The notes: generated by a model not told the origin, from the letters alone. DNA of 64,000 nucleotides from Clostridiales bacterium (GCA_004555205.1 SFIY01000005.1:24726-88725); one strand, 5' to 3'; numbered from the stretch's first letter, positions 30,182 to 40,909 are shown. Translations and numbers: made by a program.

Positions 30182-30242
30182 CAAACAGCACTCCTTCGTA
30201 TGCAGCAATTTTTGATGAAAAGCGCTATGCTCTATAATACTT

Positions 30243-30270
30243 ATTATATCGGATTATCAAAAGATTGCAA
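30243..30270 (-). promoter_or_regulatory. Promoter for ptsH
   Basis: Minus strand: TTGCAA (30265-30270), 16 nt, TATAAT (30243-30248). Confidence 0.6.
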
Positions 30271-30344
30271 TGGAGATTCCCACAAATTTTTTGCAGATTG
30301 TCACTTAATTATCAACCCTTTTTGTCACTTATGACAAAAATAAA

Positions 30345-32726
30345 TTATTTTAATTCCACCACGGTCACGCCGGCTTCGCCCTCACCGTAGCGTCCCAGGC
30401 GGAAGCTCTTGACGGCGCGGTTGCGCTTGAGCATTTCGTGCACCGCCTTGCGCAGAGCGCCGGTGCCCTTTCCGTGGATGATCGTCACCGTGCCCAATTT
30501 CGCCATGACAGCGGCGTCGATATAATTCTCCACCACGCTCTCGGCTTCTAAGGTTTCAAGGCCGCGGATATCCAGCTCCGATGCGGCGCGGGCGGCCAAC
30601 ACCACCTTGGGGCTTGCCACCGGCGCAGGCTTTTGCGTCTTTTTCGGTGCTCCCTCCATCAGGCGCACCTGTGAAGCCTTGGTGGTCATTTTCATCTTAC
30701 CGGCCTGCAGCAAAAGTGTGCCGTCGTCATTCACATGCAGCACCGTGGCGCCCATCTTCACGCCGGGCAGCTCCACCATATCACCTGCCGCAATGGGACG
30801 GCTGGGCGCAAAGGACGGCTCGGCTGTTTCCTCGCGGACATGAAGTGCCTGCTCCGCCTCCTTGAGCTGATGACGCACAGCGGCGCGGGCATCGTTCATC
30901 GCCTGCGCATTTGCCTGCTTCTGCTGTTTCTTCCGCAGTTCCTCCAGCTCGGCAAAAATCTGATCCGCCCGCTGCTGCGCCTCGCGGACAATGCGCTTGG
31001 CTTCCGCCTCACCCTTGCTGCGGGCATTCTCCTTGGCCCGTTCCATCTGTTCGCGGAAGGTGCGGGCCTTGCGGGCGTCCTCCTCCCGGCTGCGCCACAG
31101 GCGTTCGGCTTCATTCTGCGCCTTTTCCAAGCGCTGGCGCTTTTCCTCCAACTGTGCCAGCACATCCTCAAAGCGGACCGATTCGCTGTCCATCTGCGCC
31201 TTGGCGTCCTCAATAATGCGCTCGTCCAACCCCAAACGGCGGGAAATCGCAAAGGCATTGGACTTGCCGGGAATACCGATCAGCAAGCGGTAGGTAGGAC
31301 GCAGCGTGGCCACATCGAACTCGCAGGAGGCATTCTCCACCCCTGCCGTGGTCATGGCAAAGGTTTTCAGCTCCGCATAATGGGTGGTTGCTGCCGTCAA
31401 GGCGCCCTTGCTGCGGGCATTTTGGATAATGGCGATGGCCAGCGCCGCGCCCTCCACCGGGTCTGTGCCGGCGCCCAGCTCGTCGAATAAAAGCAGGCTC
31501 TTTTCATCGGCCTGACGCAGAATCTCTACCGTGTTGGCCATATGCGCCGAGAAGGTGGACAGGCTCTGCTCAATGCTCTGCTCATCGCCCACATCCGCCA
31601 GCACGCGTTCGAACACACGCACGGCACTGCCGTCATCGGCGGGGATGTGCAGGCCGCACTGGGCCATCAGGCTCAAAAGGCCCAGTGTTTTCAGCGTGAC
31701 CGTCTTGCCGCCGGTGTTGGGGCCGGTAATGACCAGCGTGTCAAACTGCTCGCCTAACCCCACGCTGATGGGCACAGCCTTGGACTGGTCCAGCAGCGGA
31801 TGGCGGGCACGGCGCAGCGTGATACCGCCGCGCTTACGCACCTCCGGACGGCTGGCATTCAGGTGGAAACTCAGTTGTGCGCGGGCAAAAATCACATCAA
31901 GGTGCACTAAATTGTCATAATCCGACAATATATTGTTCATTTGCGCGGCACACTCGCCGGAAAGGACACGCAGAATCCGGTCGATCTCTTTTTCCTCGCG
32001 GGACTGCAGCTCGCGCAATTCGTTGTTGGCCTGCACCACGCCCATAGGCTCCACAAACAGCGTCGCGCCGGAGGAGGAAATATCGTGCACCAGGCCGGGC
32101 AGACTGCCCTTACATTCCGCCTTCACCGGTACCACAAAGCGCCCGTCGCGCTGGGTAATCAGCGCCTCCTGCAGCACCTTGGCATAGGACGGCGAGGAGA
32201 TGATGCGCTGCAGGATTTGGCGTCCCTTGGACGCCGCCTGCCGCATTTTGCGGCGGATGTCCGCCAGCTCGGGGCTGGCTGTGTCGGCAATAGACTCCTC
32301 GTCGAGTATGACGGAGTGGATACGTTCCTCCAAATATTTGTTGGTATGCAGGGCGGAGAAAATATGGTCAATGACCGTAGCCTCGCCCTGCCGCTCCTCA
32401 TCATATTCCGCCACACGGCGGCTGGCTGTCAGCACACCGGCAATGTCCAGCAGCTCACGGGTGTTGAGCATGCCGCCATGGTCGGCACGCGTCAGCGGCG
32501 CGGACACATCCTTGACACCGGCAAAGGGCGGACTGCCGTGCAGGCCCAGCCTTGCCTTGGCCGCATCGGTTTCGTCCAGCAACCGCAGCACCTCCTCCGC
32601 CTCGGTGGCCGGCTTGAGATGCAGGCATTTTGCCTTGGCCGCATCGCTGACGGCAAAACGCGCCAACATGTCCAGCACGGCAGGAAGTTCCAGCGTGCGA
32701 ATTGATTTTTCAAACAGTTCACTCAT
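30345..32726 (-). CDS. mutS2: Endonuclease MutS2 (MutS ATPase + C-terminal Smr)
   Basis: ITGPNTGGKT Walker A, long coiled coil, and C-terminal Smr (LDIRGLETLEA...IIHGKGTGALR). ATG at 32726 preferred; a TTG at 32738 is possible. Confidence 0.9.
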   Translation of the reverse strand: MSELFEKSIRTLELPAVLDMLARFAVSDAAKAKCLHLKPATEAEEVLRLLDETDAAKARLGLHGSPPFAGVKDVSAPLTRADHGGMLNTRELLDIAGVLTASRRVAEYDEERQGEATVIDHIFSALHTNKYLEERIHSVILDEESIADTASPELADIRRKMRQAASKGRQILQRIISSPSYAKVLQEALITQRDGRFVVPVKAECKGSLPGLVHDISSSGATLFVEPMGVVQANNELRELQSREEKEIDRILRVLSGECAAQMNNILSDYDNLVHLDVIFARAQLSFHLNASRPEVRKRGGITLRRARHPLLDQSKAVPISVGLGEQFDTLVITGPNTGGKTVTLKTLGLLSLMAQCGLHIPADDGSAVRVFERVLADVGDEQSIEQSLSTFSAHMANTVEILRQADEKSLLLFDELGAGTDPVEGAALAIAIIQNARSKGALTAATTHYAELKTFAMTTAGVENASCEFDVATLRPTYRLLIGIPGKSNAFAISRRLGLDERIIEDAKAQMDSESVRFEDVLAQLEEKRQRLEKAQNEAERLWRSREEDARKARTFREQMERAKENARSKGEAEAKRIVREAQQRADQIFAELEELRKKQQKQANAQAMNDARAAVRHQLKEAEQALHVREETAEPSFAPSRPIAAGDMVELPGVKMGATVLHVNDDGTLLLQAGKMKMTTKASQVRLMEGAPKKTQKPAPVASPKVVLAARAASELDIRGLETLEAESVVENYIDAAVMAKLGTVTIIHGKGTGALRKAVHEMLKRNRAVKSFRLGRYGEGEAGVTVVELK

Positions 32727-32734
32727 ATATGTAG

Positions 32735-33493
32735 TCAATGCTCCGTTCGAATGGATTTATAGTAATCAAGTGTACGGAAGCCCCGTTCCAGTTGTGCGGC
32801 AATAAACGCCTCGGACACATGGTCCAGTTGATTAAGCGCCGGCTTGTCCAGCCTGAAGCTGTACAGCCGCTTGCTCTCACCGTAGAGCACATGGCGCAGC
32901 GCCGCCAAGGCCCCGGCGCCCAGCGGCAGGGACAGGCCGCCCATCTGTTTGCAGCCGGCACAATGCACCACGCCCTGCGTCACATCCAGCATGGGCTGCT
33001 CCGGCTCCGGCCTGCCGCACACGGCGCAGCCGTCCGCCAGCGGCTCAAAGCCGCTGAGCGCCATCAGGCGCAGCTCAAAGGCAGGCTTGACGAGCTGCGG
33101 GTCTTTTTGCAGCGTGCCGAGGGCATACAGCGCGTTGAGCAGCAGCGAAAGCACCTCCGGCGACGCATCATCGGCGTCCGTCAGTGTCTCGGTCAGCTCG
33201 GCAAAATAGGAGGCCAGCGACAGCAGTTCAAAGTCCTGCCGCACACCGTCAAATAATTCGATGGTGCCGGCCTCATCCAAATAGCACCAGTTGCCGCGCT
33301 GATAGATCGTCAGCTCGGAGTAGGCCAGCAGTTGGCAGGAGGCCGCCAGACGGCTGTTCTTGCGCCGTGCGCCGCGCGCAATGACGGCGATCTTGCCCCG
33401 GTCAGGGGTGAGGACCGTAAGGATCTTGTCCGTTTCCTTGGTGTCCGTCGATCGCAGCACGATGCCGGAGGTCACTTGTTTTCCGTTTTGCAT
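32735..33493 (-). CDS. recO: DNA repair protein RecO
   Basis: Internal start MQNGKQVTSGIVLRSTDTKETDKILTVLT with GGAGGAG upstream. Zn motif CAVCG...CAGC. Conserved era-recO adjacency. Confidence 0.85.
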   Translation of the reverse strand: MQNGKQVTSGIVLRSTDTKETDKILTVLTPDRGKIAVIARGARRKNSRLAASCQLLAYSELTIYQRGNWCYLDEAGTIELFDGVRQDFELLSLASYFAELTETLTDADDASPEVLSLLLNALYALGTLQKDPQLVKPAFELRLMALSGFEPLADGCAVCGRPEPEQPMLDVTQGVVHCAGCKQMGGLSLPLGAGALAALRHVLYGESKRLYSFRLDKPALNQLDHVSEAFIAAQLERGFRTLDYYKSIRTEH

Positions 33494-33641
33494 GATGTCT
33501 CCTCCTGCGCCGCGCGATAGAGCATATACAGCTCCGGCGCGCCTGTCCGGCTGAATAATTCCCAGTAGCTGTTTTCGTTCATGCATCCCACCTCCCACGC
33601 TTATTTTGCGTGGCGATTGGTGCATTTATGGGTGGTAATAA

Positions 33642-34541
33642 TTACTGCTCATTGTAGCCCTGTGAGCGAATAAAATTCACGTTGTCTCTCCAGTTTTCCT
33701 TCACCTTCACCCAGGTTTCCATATAGACCTGCGTTCCCATAAAGCGCTCAATGTCCTTGCGGGCCAGCGTGCTGATGCGCTTGATCATATCGCCGTGCTT
33801 ACCGATGATGATCCCCTTGTGGCTGGCCTTTTCGCAGTAGATGGTCACATCCAGGTCGATGATACCGCTGTCGCGCTCGGTAAAGCGGGTGACCTCCACC
33901 GCGGTGCCGTGAGGAATCTCCTTATCCAGACAGCGCAGCATCTTTTCGCGCACGATCTCGGCGCAGATCTGCGCATCGGGCTGGTCGGTGGTCATGCCGT
34001 CAGGGAATAGCTGCGGGCCTTCCTGGGCGTACTTGGCAAGCTGCGCCATCAGCTCCTCCAGACCGTCACCGGTACGGGCGGAGATGGGGATAATGGCGTC
34101 AAAAGCGGCGCCGGTTTCGCTGTAGGCCGCGATAACGGCCAGCAGGTCGTCCTTTTTCTCCACGGTGTCGATTTTATTGATGCAGAGAACGGCGGGAATC
34201 TTCTCCTCCGCAATACGCTGCAGCAGCACCTTCTCCGGCTCACCCACATGGGCGATGGGCTCCACAAGCAGCAGCGCGGCCTCCACATCGGCCAGACTTT
34301 CGCGCACGACCTTGACCATATAGTCGCCCAAACGGGAGCGGGGCTTGTGCAGACCCGGCGTGTCCAGCAGCACAAACTGCGTATCGCCGCGGTTGACCAC
34401 GCCGTAAATGCGGTTGCGTGTGGTCTGAGGCTTGTTGGACACGATGGCGATCTTCTCGCCCACCAGGGCGTTGGTCAGGCTGGACTTGCCCACATTGGGC
34501 CGGCCGCAGACGGTAATCATGGCGGTTTTTGTGATGTGCAT
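33642..34541 (-). CDS. era: GTPase Era
   Basis: GRPNVGKSSL G1, DTPG G3, NKID G4 and a C-terminal KH domain. Confidence 0.95.
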   Translation of the reverse strand: MHITKTAMITVCGRPNVGKSSLTNALVGEKIAIVSNKPQTTRNRIYGVVNRGDTQFVLLDTPGLHKPRSRLGDYMVKVVRESLADVEAALLLVEPIAHVGEPEKVLLQRIAEEKIPAVLCINKIDTVEKKDDLLAVIAAYSETGAAFDAIIPISARTGDGLEELMAQLAKYAQEGPQLFPDGMTTDQPDAQICAEIVREKMLRCLDKEIPHGTAVEVTRFTERDSGIIDLDVTIYCEKASHKGIIIGKHGDMIKRISTLARKDIERFMGTQVYMETWVKVKENWRDNVNFIRSQGYNEQ

Positions 34542-34623
34542 AGGTGATCCTCAACTTTCTTTATCTTTTGAGCAATTTTCAATAACTATCCGTCGTATTT
34601 TGGCAAAATATTGCCTTTTGTAT

Positions 34624-35106
34624 TCATTTTTCCAGCTTCAATACGGACATGACCGCTTCTTCGCGGCCGCGCATCCGGCGCTTCCTCTCGCCCTCGTCCA
34701 TGTGGTCGTAGCCCAGCAGGTGCAGCGTGGAGTGGACCGCCAGATAGCAGATCTCGCGCTCGAAGCTGTGGCCGTACTCCCGGGCCTGGGCATGGGCACG
34801 CTCCACGGAAATGCACATATCACCCAGCGGCACGCGGCCGGTTTCGGGGTCGCACTCGTCGGGATGTTCGCCCTCCGCCAGGTCAAACATGGGGAAGCTC
34901 AGCACATCCGTAGGCCGGTCCACGCCGCGCATGGCCAGATTGATCTCATGAATGCCCTCGTCGTCGGTAAGCAGGATATTCACCTCGCAGGGCTGCGTCA
35001 CACCTTCACTCTGCAGCGCCGTTTTCACGCTCCTGCGCAGCATGGCGGCAAGGGCGGGGGTGTTGATGCCCTTGCGGTTGCCGGTGACGGAAATCTGATG
35101 GGTCAT
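34624..35106 (-). CDS. ybeY: rRNA maturation RNase YbeY
   Basis: HSTLHLLGYDH metal-binding motif. Confidence 0.9.
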   Translation of the reverse strand: MTHQISVTGNRKGINTPALAAMLRRSVKTALQSEGVTQPCEVNILLTDDEGIHEINLAMRGVDRPTDVLSFPMFDLAEGEHPDECDPETGRVPLGDMCISVERAHAQAREYGHSFEREICYLAVHSTLHLLGYDHMDEGERKRRMRGREEAVMSVLKLEK

Positions 35107-36071
35107 TTTCTGCCGCCTCCCCGGTTCTCCTCGTACTTGGCATAGGCCTCGATAATGCGCTGCACCATCACATGGCGCACCACATCGTCCTGCGTCAGAT
35201 GGCAGATCCCCACGCCTTCCACACCCTTGAGTACCTTCATGGCCTCCTTCAAGCCGCTGGGCTTGTCGCCGGGCAGGTCGATCTGGGTAATATCGCCGGT
35301 GATGACCACCTTGGAGCCAAAGCCCATACGGGTAAGGAACATCTTCATCTGCTCGCGGCTGGTGTTTTGCGCCTCGTCCAGAATGATAAAGCTGTCATCC
35401 AACGTTCTGCCGCGCATATAGGCAAGAGGCGCCACCTCGATATTGCCGCGCTCCAGATACTTCTGATAGGTCTCGGCGCCCAGCATATCAAACAGAGCGT
35501 CATACAGCGGCCGCAGGTACGGGTCCACCTTACTCTGCAGATCGCCGGGCAAAAAGCCCAGCCGCTCGCCGGCTTCCACTGCCGGTCGGGTCAGGATAAT
35601 GCGGTTGATCTGCTTATCGCGGAACGCGGCCACGGCGGCCGCCACCGCCAGATAGGTCTTGCCGGTACCGGCAGGCCCCACACCGATGGTGACCGTCTGA
35701 TGCAGGATGGCATCCACATACTGCTTTTGCCCGATGGTCTTGGGCTTGACGGGACGGCCCTTGGAGGTGATGCAGATCACATCCTGGGTCAGTTCGGCAA
35801 TGCGCTCAGACTGACCGCTGCGGCACAGGCCGATCACATAGCGCACATGCTGGGCATTGATGCTCTCCCCTTTCGCCGAAAGCGTCAGCAGCGCCTGCAC
35901 CGCCTTGGTGCCCAGCATCACATTCTCCGGCTCGCCGGAGATGCAGATCTCCCCCTCACGGTTGGTGACGACGACCTGCAGCTCCGATTCCAGCAGGCGG
36001 ATATTCTCATCGAAAGAGCCAAAGAGATTGATGGCCTCCTCCATTCGTTCGATCCCGATGCGCTGTTCCAA
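35103..36071 (-). CDS. phoH: PhoH-family ATPase
   Basis: GPAGTGKTYLAVA Walker A and PhoH core. TTG at 36071 with GAAGGAGG 8 nt upstream gives 322 aa; ATG at 36044 is an alternative. The track ORF is over-extended. Confidence 0.85.
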   Translation of the reverse strand: MEQRIGIERMEEAINLFGSFDENIRLLESELQVVVTNREGEICISGEPENVMLGTKAVQALLTLSAKGESINAQHVRYVIGLCRSGQSERIAELTQDVICITSKGRPVKPKTIGQKQYVDAILHQTVTIGVGPAGTGKTYLAVAAAVAAFRDKQINRIILTRPAVEAGERLGFLPGDLQSKVDPYLRPLYDALFDMLGAETYQKYLERGNIEVAPLAYMRGRTLDDSFIILDEAQNTSREQMKMFLTRMGFGSKVVITGDITQIDLPGDKPSGLKEAMKVLKGVEGVGICHLTQDDVVRHVMVQRIIEAYAKYEENRGGGRK

Positions 36072-36090
36072 CTGCGCTCCCTCCTTCGTA

Positions 36091-37281
36091 TTATTCCGCG
36101 ACCTCAATGGGCACGCTTTCACCGATTTGTTCCAAACACTCCGCGCTGAGCAATACCTGCAGCACGTCTCCTTGCCGCGAAACGGAAAATTTCGTATTCT
36201 CCACCGTGGCCTCCGGCGGCAGCATTTCCTGCAGGGCCTGCAAAAGTGCCGCTTCGCCCTCCTGCTGTGCCTCTTTCTCCGTGCGTTCATAGGCGGCGGT
36301 ATCGTACTGCCTCACCGTTTCTGTCACCAGTGTCACGGGCAGTCGATAGCCGCCGGGCAAGGTCCAGGGTTTGTATCGTATTATTTTATCACATTCGTCG
36401 CCTGTAATGCTACCCTTTCCGTATAATTTTATGCGGTGTTTCCCAAAATCAAGGGCCAAACGGGATATTTTCCGGCTCTCGTTGACCTTTTCCGTCCCCT
36501 GCAGCGGCACGCTGACAGACAATTCATACCATGTGCGTGCCCAGACCTTGCCCATACCGTGGCTCAAACGCACGCCCACCGTGTCAAAATCCGTCACGCC
36601 GGATATGAGTAACTGTCCCTCTGTGACCACCGTGCCCACCATGACTTGGGCGTGGCCTCCCAGCGCTTCCACACGCGTCACCAATCCGGCGCGGCGCGCC
36701 ACCACATTGGAGCGCTCCTCATCGCAGACAATGGTCGGCGGCCGGTGGCGCTCCACCACCTGCACATGGGCCGTGCAGCCGCGTACATTGACTGCCATCC
36801 ACGACACATCATGCAGCTCCAGCAGCACATGATTGCGCAGGTCCTCCTGGTCAATGGACAGACTCAATGTGCCCACGCGCACGCCGTAGTCCTCCAAGGC
36901 GCGGAGTATGGTTTCCGTAGGGATGGTCTCGTTGCCCTCCACTTCAAAATCCCAAATAAAGATATGGCCGCACAGCAGCAAAACGCCGAACACCGCCGCT
37001 CCGGCAAGCAGCACATAACGCTTGCGAAAGCGGCGCAGAAAACCGGGCACGCCGCGTTCGCGTCCCGCGGTGACCGTGCAGGCCACAGACGCTGTTGCCT
37101 TCTTTAACCGCCACGCATTCCGGCGCGTGGTACGCAGCGTAAAGGTAGTCTCATCCATCCACCGCAGGTCCCAGAATGTGATGCCGTGGACGCCGCACAG
37201 ATTGATTACCCGCTCGGGATAGGGGCTTTCTATCTGCAGCAGGATATTGCCCTGCAAAAAATTGAACAGCGAACGATACAT
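36091..37281 (-). CDS. yqfD: Sporulation protein YqfD
   Basis: MYRSLFNFLQGNILLQIES...RVINLC start typical of YqfD, one central TM segment, and the conserved yqfC-yqfD-phoH order. Confidence 0.8.
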   Translation of the reverse strand: MYRSLFNFLQGNILLQIESPYPERVINLCGVHGITFWDLRWMDETTFTLRTTRRNAWRLKKATASVACTVTAGRERGVPGFLRRFRKRYVLLAGAAVFGVLLLCGHIFIWDFEVEGNETIPTETILRALEDYGVRVGTLSLSIDQEDLRNHVLLELHDVSWMAVNVRGCTAHVQVVERHRPPTIVCDEERSNVVARRAGLVTRVEALGGHAQVMVGTVVTEGQLLISGVTDFDTVGVRLSHGMGKVWARTWYELSVSVPLQGTEKVNESRKISRLALDFGKHRIKLYGKGSITGDECDKIIRYKPWTLPGGYRLPVTLVTETVRQYDTAAYERTEKEAQQEGEAALLQALQEMLPPEATVENTKFSVSRQGDVLQVLLSAECLEQIGESVPIEVAE

Positions 37282-37282
37282 A

Positions 37283-37573
37283 TTATCCCACCAACTCCAC
37301 CTTTTCAATGCGTCCGGTAATGCGCAGCTCGTCGTCCGTCATGGCCAGCAGCTGCAAGTCACGGCCGCTCAGGCGCACCGCCACGCTGCCGCCGCCGATT
37401 TCTACCAATTCCGTGCTGTAGGACAGTACGCCCTTATGCCGGTCCATATAAAATTCCCGGTTGCCGACCAGCTCCACCCGCGGAACACCCAAAGCGATTT
37501 CGCCCGGCAGATCGAGTTTTTCCATGGCCGCCTGACCTGCCTGCGCCAGTTTGCGTTTTTCCAGTCGTCCCAT
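37283..37573 (-). CDS. yqfC: Sporulation protein YqfC
   Basis: 96 aa with LDLPGEIALGVPRVELVGNREF..., the YqfC family pattern. Confidence 0.8.
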   Translation of the reverse strand: MGRLEKRKLAQAGQAAMEKLDLPGEIALGVPRVELVGNREFYMDRHKGVLSYSTELVEIGGGSVAVRLSGRDLQLLAMTDDELRITGRIEKVELVG

Positions 37574-37668
37574 TGCGCCACCGCCTTTCCCTTAAAGCTA
37601 TGCCGCAGGGCAGAAAAACTTGCATGAAATATCACGCTCCGCTCATAGAGTGGGACGAGGTGAAATCC

Positions 37669-38565
37669 ATGAGACGGCGTATCCTTCCGACACTTGGCCT
37701 TCTCGGCGTTATGGCGCTGCTGCTGCTCTGCTCCGCCGACGCCGCACAGGCGGTACGCGACGCGCTTGCGCTTTGCGTGCAGTCTGTCATTCCTGCGCTA
37801 TTCCCTTTTTTTGTGGTATCCTCCCTGTTTATCGACCTGGGCTGCGCCGCCGTGCTGGGCCGGTCCCTTGCGCCTATCATGCGGCGGTTATTCGGTGTGT
37901 CCGGTGCAGGCGGCACGGCCTTTCTTCTGGGCATCATCGGCGGTTATCCGGTGGGTGGGCGGACGGCAGGCGAGCTGTATCGCAGCGGGCAGTGTGAGCG
38001 CGAGGAGTGTGAGCGTCTGCTGGCCTTCTGCAACAATGCCGGGCCGTCGTTTATCCTGGGCATTGCCGGTCTTGGCTGCTTCGGCAGCGTAAGGGTCGGC
38101 GCATGGCTGTATCTCATCCATGTAGGTGCGGCGGTCATGGTGGGGCTGCTGTTTCGGTCAACATCCCGTCAAATGGGCCGTCCGGAAAAAACGGAAACGC
38201 CCCGGTGGGCCGATGCGCTGATCCAAGCCGTGCGCGGCGGTGCCATGAGTATGGTCAACATTTGCGCCTTTGTAGTGTTTTTCCTGGTCATACTGCGCTT
38301 ATTTTCACGCTTCACCGGCATACAGCACGGCGCCATATTGGGCATTGTCGAGATGACCAACGGCATTCTGCGGCTGGCAAACGACCGCCGGGGCTTCATA
38401 TGGGCGGCCGGCCTCTTAGGCTGGGGCGGACTGTCCGTGCATTGCCAGACGGCAGCCGTGCTGAGCGGAAGCGGTCTTTCCCTGAAGCGGTATTTCATCG
38501 GCAAGGCACTGCAGGCAGCCATTTCCATGGCCGCTGCGTGGCCTGTAAGCCTGCTCCTGCCATAA
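37669..38565 (+). CDS. ylbJ: Sporulation integral membrane protein YlbJ-like (nucleoside-recognition domain)
   Basis: Start MRRRILPTLGLLGV with GAGGTG upstream. Polytopic membrane protein with CVQSVIPALFPFFV and FCNNAGPSFILG motifs. Confidence 0.65.
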   Translation: MRRRILPTLGLLGVMALLLLCSADAAQAVRDALALCVQSVIPALFPFFVVSSLFIDLGCAAVLGRSLAPIMRRLFGVSGAGGTAFLLGIIGGYPVGGRTAGELYRSGQCEREECERLLAFCNNAGPSFILGIAGLGCFGSVRVGAWLYLIHVGAAVMVGLLFRSTSRQMGRPEKTETPRWADALIQAVRGGAMSMVNICAFVVFFLVILRLFSRFTGIQHGAILGIVEMTNGILRLANDRRGFIWAAGLLGWGGLSVHCQTAAVLSGSGLSLKRYFIGKALQAAISMAAAWPVSLLLP

Positions 38566-38579
38566 AAAAGCGTGAAAAA

Positions 38580-38621
38580 GCAACAAAAAAAGCGTGCCCC
38601 TCGGCACGCTTTTTTTGTTGC
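38580..38621. terminator. Bidirectional terminator (19-bp stem)
   Basis: GCAACAAAAAAAGCGTGCC-CCTC-GGCACGCTTTTTTTGTTGC. Confidence 0.85.
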
Positions 38622-38624
38622 TCC

Positions 38625-39656
38625 TTACCGTTGGCTCTTGTCGTAGGGGATACCCTCCGCCTTGGGTGCACGGGATTTTTTGGAAGTAAATGCCAGAACC
38701 ACCAGCGTGATGATATAGGGCAGCATCCGGTACAGATGGGAGCTGACGCCGATCTCCGCCAGCCAATACACGCCGTCGCCGTTAATATCAATGGACGAAT
38801 AGGCAGCCGCAACGCACTTGAACAGGCCGAACAGCAGCGATGCGCCGGCAATATTCAGCGGTTTCCAGTTGCCGAAGATCATCACCGCCAGCGCCAGGAA
38901 GCCGAAGCCTGCCACATCGCCGTTGGCGGTGCAGTTGGCGGTGGTCAGGGCGTAGACAAAGCCGCCCATGCCTGCCAGGAAGCCGGAGATCGTGGTGCCG
39001 GCATAGCGCATTTTATAGACATTGATGCCCAGCGAGTCAGCCGCCTGCGGATTTTCACCGCAGGCCCGCAGACGCAGACCGAACTTCGTCTTATACAGAA
39101 TGATCGACAGCACTACAAACAGGATAATGCAAATATAGGTGGCGATATAGGTTTTGTTCAGGAAGGTCTCACCGAAGAAACCGAGATCGGTATTCTTATC
39201 AATGCCGAGGGTGGATTTCTTAATCATAAACCAACTGGCGGAGTCGCCGGTCGCCATTTGCAGGGTGTTCTGGTTGGCAATGATGCGCACCAGGAACAGC
39301 ACCAGCGCCGGTGCCATCATGTTCAGCGCCGTGCCGCCGATCGTCTGGTCGGCACGCAGGTTGATGGATGCGAAGGACAGCAGCAGTGAGAAAATGGCGC
39401 CCATAATGCCTGCCGCCAGCATGGCCAGCAGCTCAAGGCCCTGCAGCGTTACCCAATCGCCGGCGGCTTTGGCCGCCAAGATGCCGCCGCTTGCCTGCAT
39501 GATACGTACAAACATAACGCCGATAAAGGCACCGAAAATCATGATACCTTCCAGGGCGAGGTTGATGATACCGCTGCGCTCGGCAAACACACCCGCCAGC
39601 GCCACGATCATCAACGGAATCGCATAGATCAGGGTCTGTTGGATCAAAAATGTCAT
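38625..39656 (-). CDS. Nucleoside (BMP-type) ABC transporter permease
   Basis: Start MTFLIQQTLIYAIPLMIVALAGVFAERSGIINLALEG. ATGA overlap with the upstream permease gene. Confidence 0.85.
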   Translation of the reverse strand: MTFLIQQTLIYAIPLMIVALAGVFAERSGIINLALEGIMIFGAFIGVMFVRIMQASGGILAAKAAGDWVTLQGLELLAMLAAGIMGAIFSLLLSFASINLRADQTIGGTALNMMAPALVLFLVRIIANQNTLQMATGDSASWFMIKKSTLGIDKNTDLGFFGETFLNKTYIATYICIILFVVLSIILYKTKFGLRLRACGENPQAADSLGINVYKMRYAGTTISGFLAGMGGFVYALTTANCTANGDVAGFGFLALAVMIFGNWKPLNIAGASLLFGLFKCVAAAYSSIDINGDGVYWLAEIGVSSHLYRMLPYIITLVVLAFTSKKSRAPKAEGIPYDKSQR

Positions 39657-40909
39657 TCTGCCTCGCCTCCTTCCTCCGGCTGCACAAGGGCATCCGGTGT
39701 TTGGTCCGTGATTTTTGCCTCCTGCGGAATCGCCGCCGTATTCTCCTTTTTCTTCCTGCGGCCGGTCAGCCACATGCGGATGACCAGCGAGAAGGCGGCC
39801 AGATAGACGATGACGGCAATGATCACATCGGTAATATACTCGTTGTAGGCCGTCAGGTTGGTAAGCTGCAAGCCCACAATGTCCAGCATAGCCATGAACA
39901 CGGCGGCAAAGACCACGCCGATGGGATTGTTCAATGCCAGCAGGGCCACGGGAATACCGTTGAAGCCCGTGGCAGGCAAAGACTGGTAGGTGGACCAGAA
40001 GAACTCCGTATTACCGGCGAGGTAATACAGCGATGCACCGGCTGCAGCCAGCGCACCGGCAATGGCCATAGACAGCACGATATTACGCTTATCGCGAATA
40101 CCCGCATAACGCGCACTGTGGCGGTTGGCGCCGCAGGCCTTCAGCTCATAGCCCAGCGTGGTCTTATTCATCATGATATACATGGCCACGGCAAGCACTA
40201 TGGCGATCAGAATACCTGCATTGACCTGTGAGCCGGGAAAGATTTTATCCAAGCCCAGTTTAGGTGTTGCCACACCGTTGAAGCTGGTCTTATAGATATA
40301 GCCCGACTTGGTATTTTCCACCACATTCTTGAAATTACTGATATCGAACATCCAGGTGACCAGATTGGCGGCGATCCAGTTGGTCATAATGCACGCCAGC
40401 ACCTCGTTAATGTTCAGAAATGCCTTCACCAGGCCGGGGATGGCGCCCCACAGCGCGCCTGCCAGCATACCGCCCAGGAATGCCAGAACCCAGATCACAC
40501 CGGCCGGAACGGCGGTAGAGGGAATACCCAGTGCGATCATCAGCGTGACCATCGTACCCATCAGATACTGGCCGGGTGCGCCGATGTTGAAAAGGCCGGT
40601 CTTGAAGGCCACCGCCACGGACAGACCCGTCATAATCAGCGGCGTGGCGCGGAAGAGCATATTGCCCCAGTTGGCGGCATTAAAGCCCCATGTCAGCACG
40701 CCGGTGCTGCCTCGTCCGGTGGTAAAAATACCGGCAAAAATGATGCGCACACCGTCCCATGCACCGGAAAGCGAAATTTTCGGGGTAATCAGGCCCACAA
40801 TGAACACAACGATCGCGCCGATCACCAGACCGATCACAATGGAGATCAGAGAAGAAAGGACTTTTTTCGTGCCATCCTTACCGTAGAGTGTTGACAGCTT
40901 CTCTCTCAT
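39653..40909 (-). CDS. Nucleoside (BMP-type) ABC transporter permease
   Basis: 418-aa polytopic protein of the branched-chain/sugar-type permease family, within an operon with an ATPase and a BMP lipoprotein. Confidence 0.85.
   Translation of the reverse strand: MREKLSTLYGKDGTKKVLSSLISIVIGLVIGAIVVFIVGLITPKISLSGAWDGVRIIFAGIFTTGRGSTGVLTWGFNAANWGNMLFRATPLIMTGLSVAVAFKTGLFNIGAPGQYLMGTMVTLMIALGIPSTAVPAGVIWVLAFLGGMLAGALWGAIPGLVKAFLNINEVLACIMTNWIAANLVTWMFDISNFKNVVENTKSGYIYKTSFNGVATPKLGLDKIFPGSQVNAGILIAIVLAVAMYIMMNKTTLGYELKACGANRHSARYAGIRDKRNIVLSMAIAGALAAAGASLYYLAGNTEFFWSTYQSLPATGFNGIPVALLALNNPIGVVFAAVFMAMLDIVGLQLTNLTAYNEYITDVIIAVIVYLAAFSLVIRMWLTGRRKKKENTAAIPQEAKITDQTPDALVQPEEGGEAE

Noticed and set aside
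30298-30331. Direct repeat TTGTCACTTA x2 (30298-30307 and 30322-30331) and an AT-rich palindrome TTTTTGTCA-CTTA-TGACAAAAA between the ptsH promoter and the mutS2 stop.
   Set aside because: It could be an operator or a weak mutS2 terminator. In an AT-rich 160-nt spacer, a 10-mer repeat with no known matching regulator motif is not strong enough to report as a feature.
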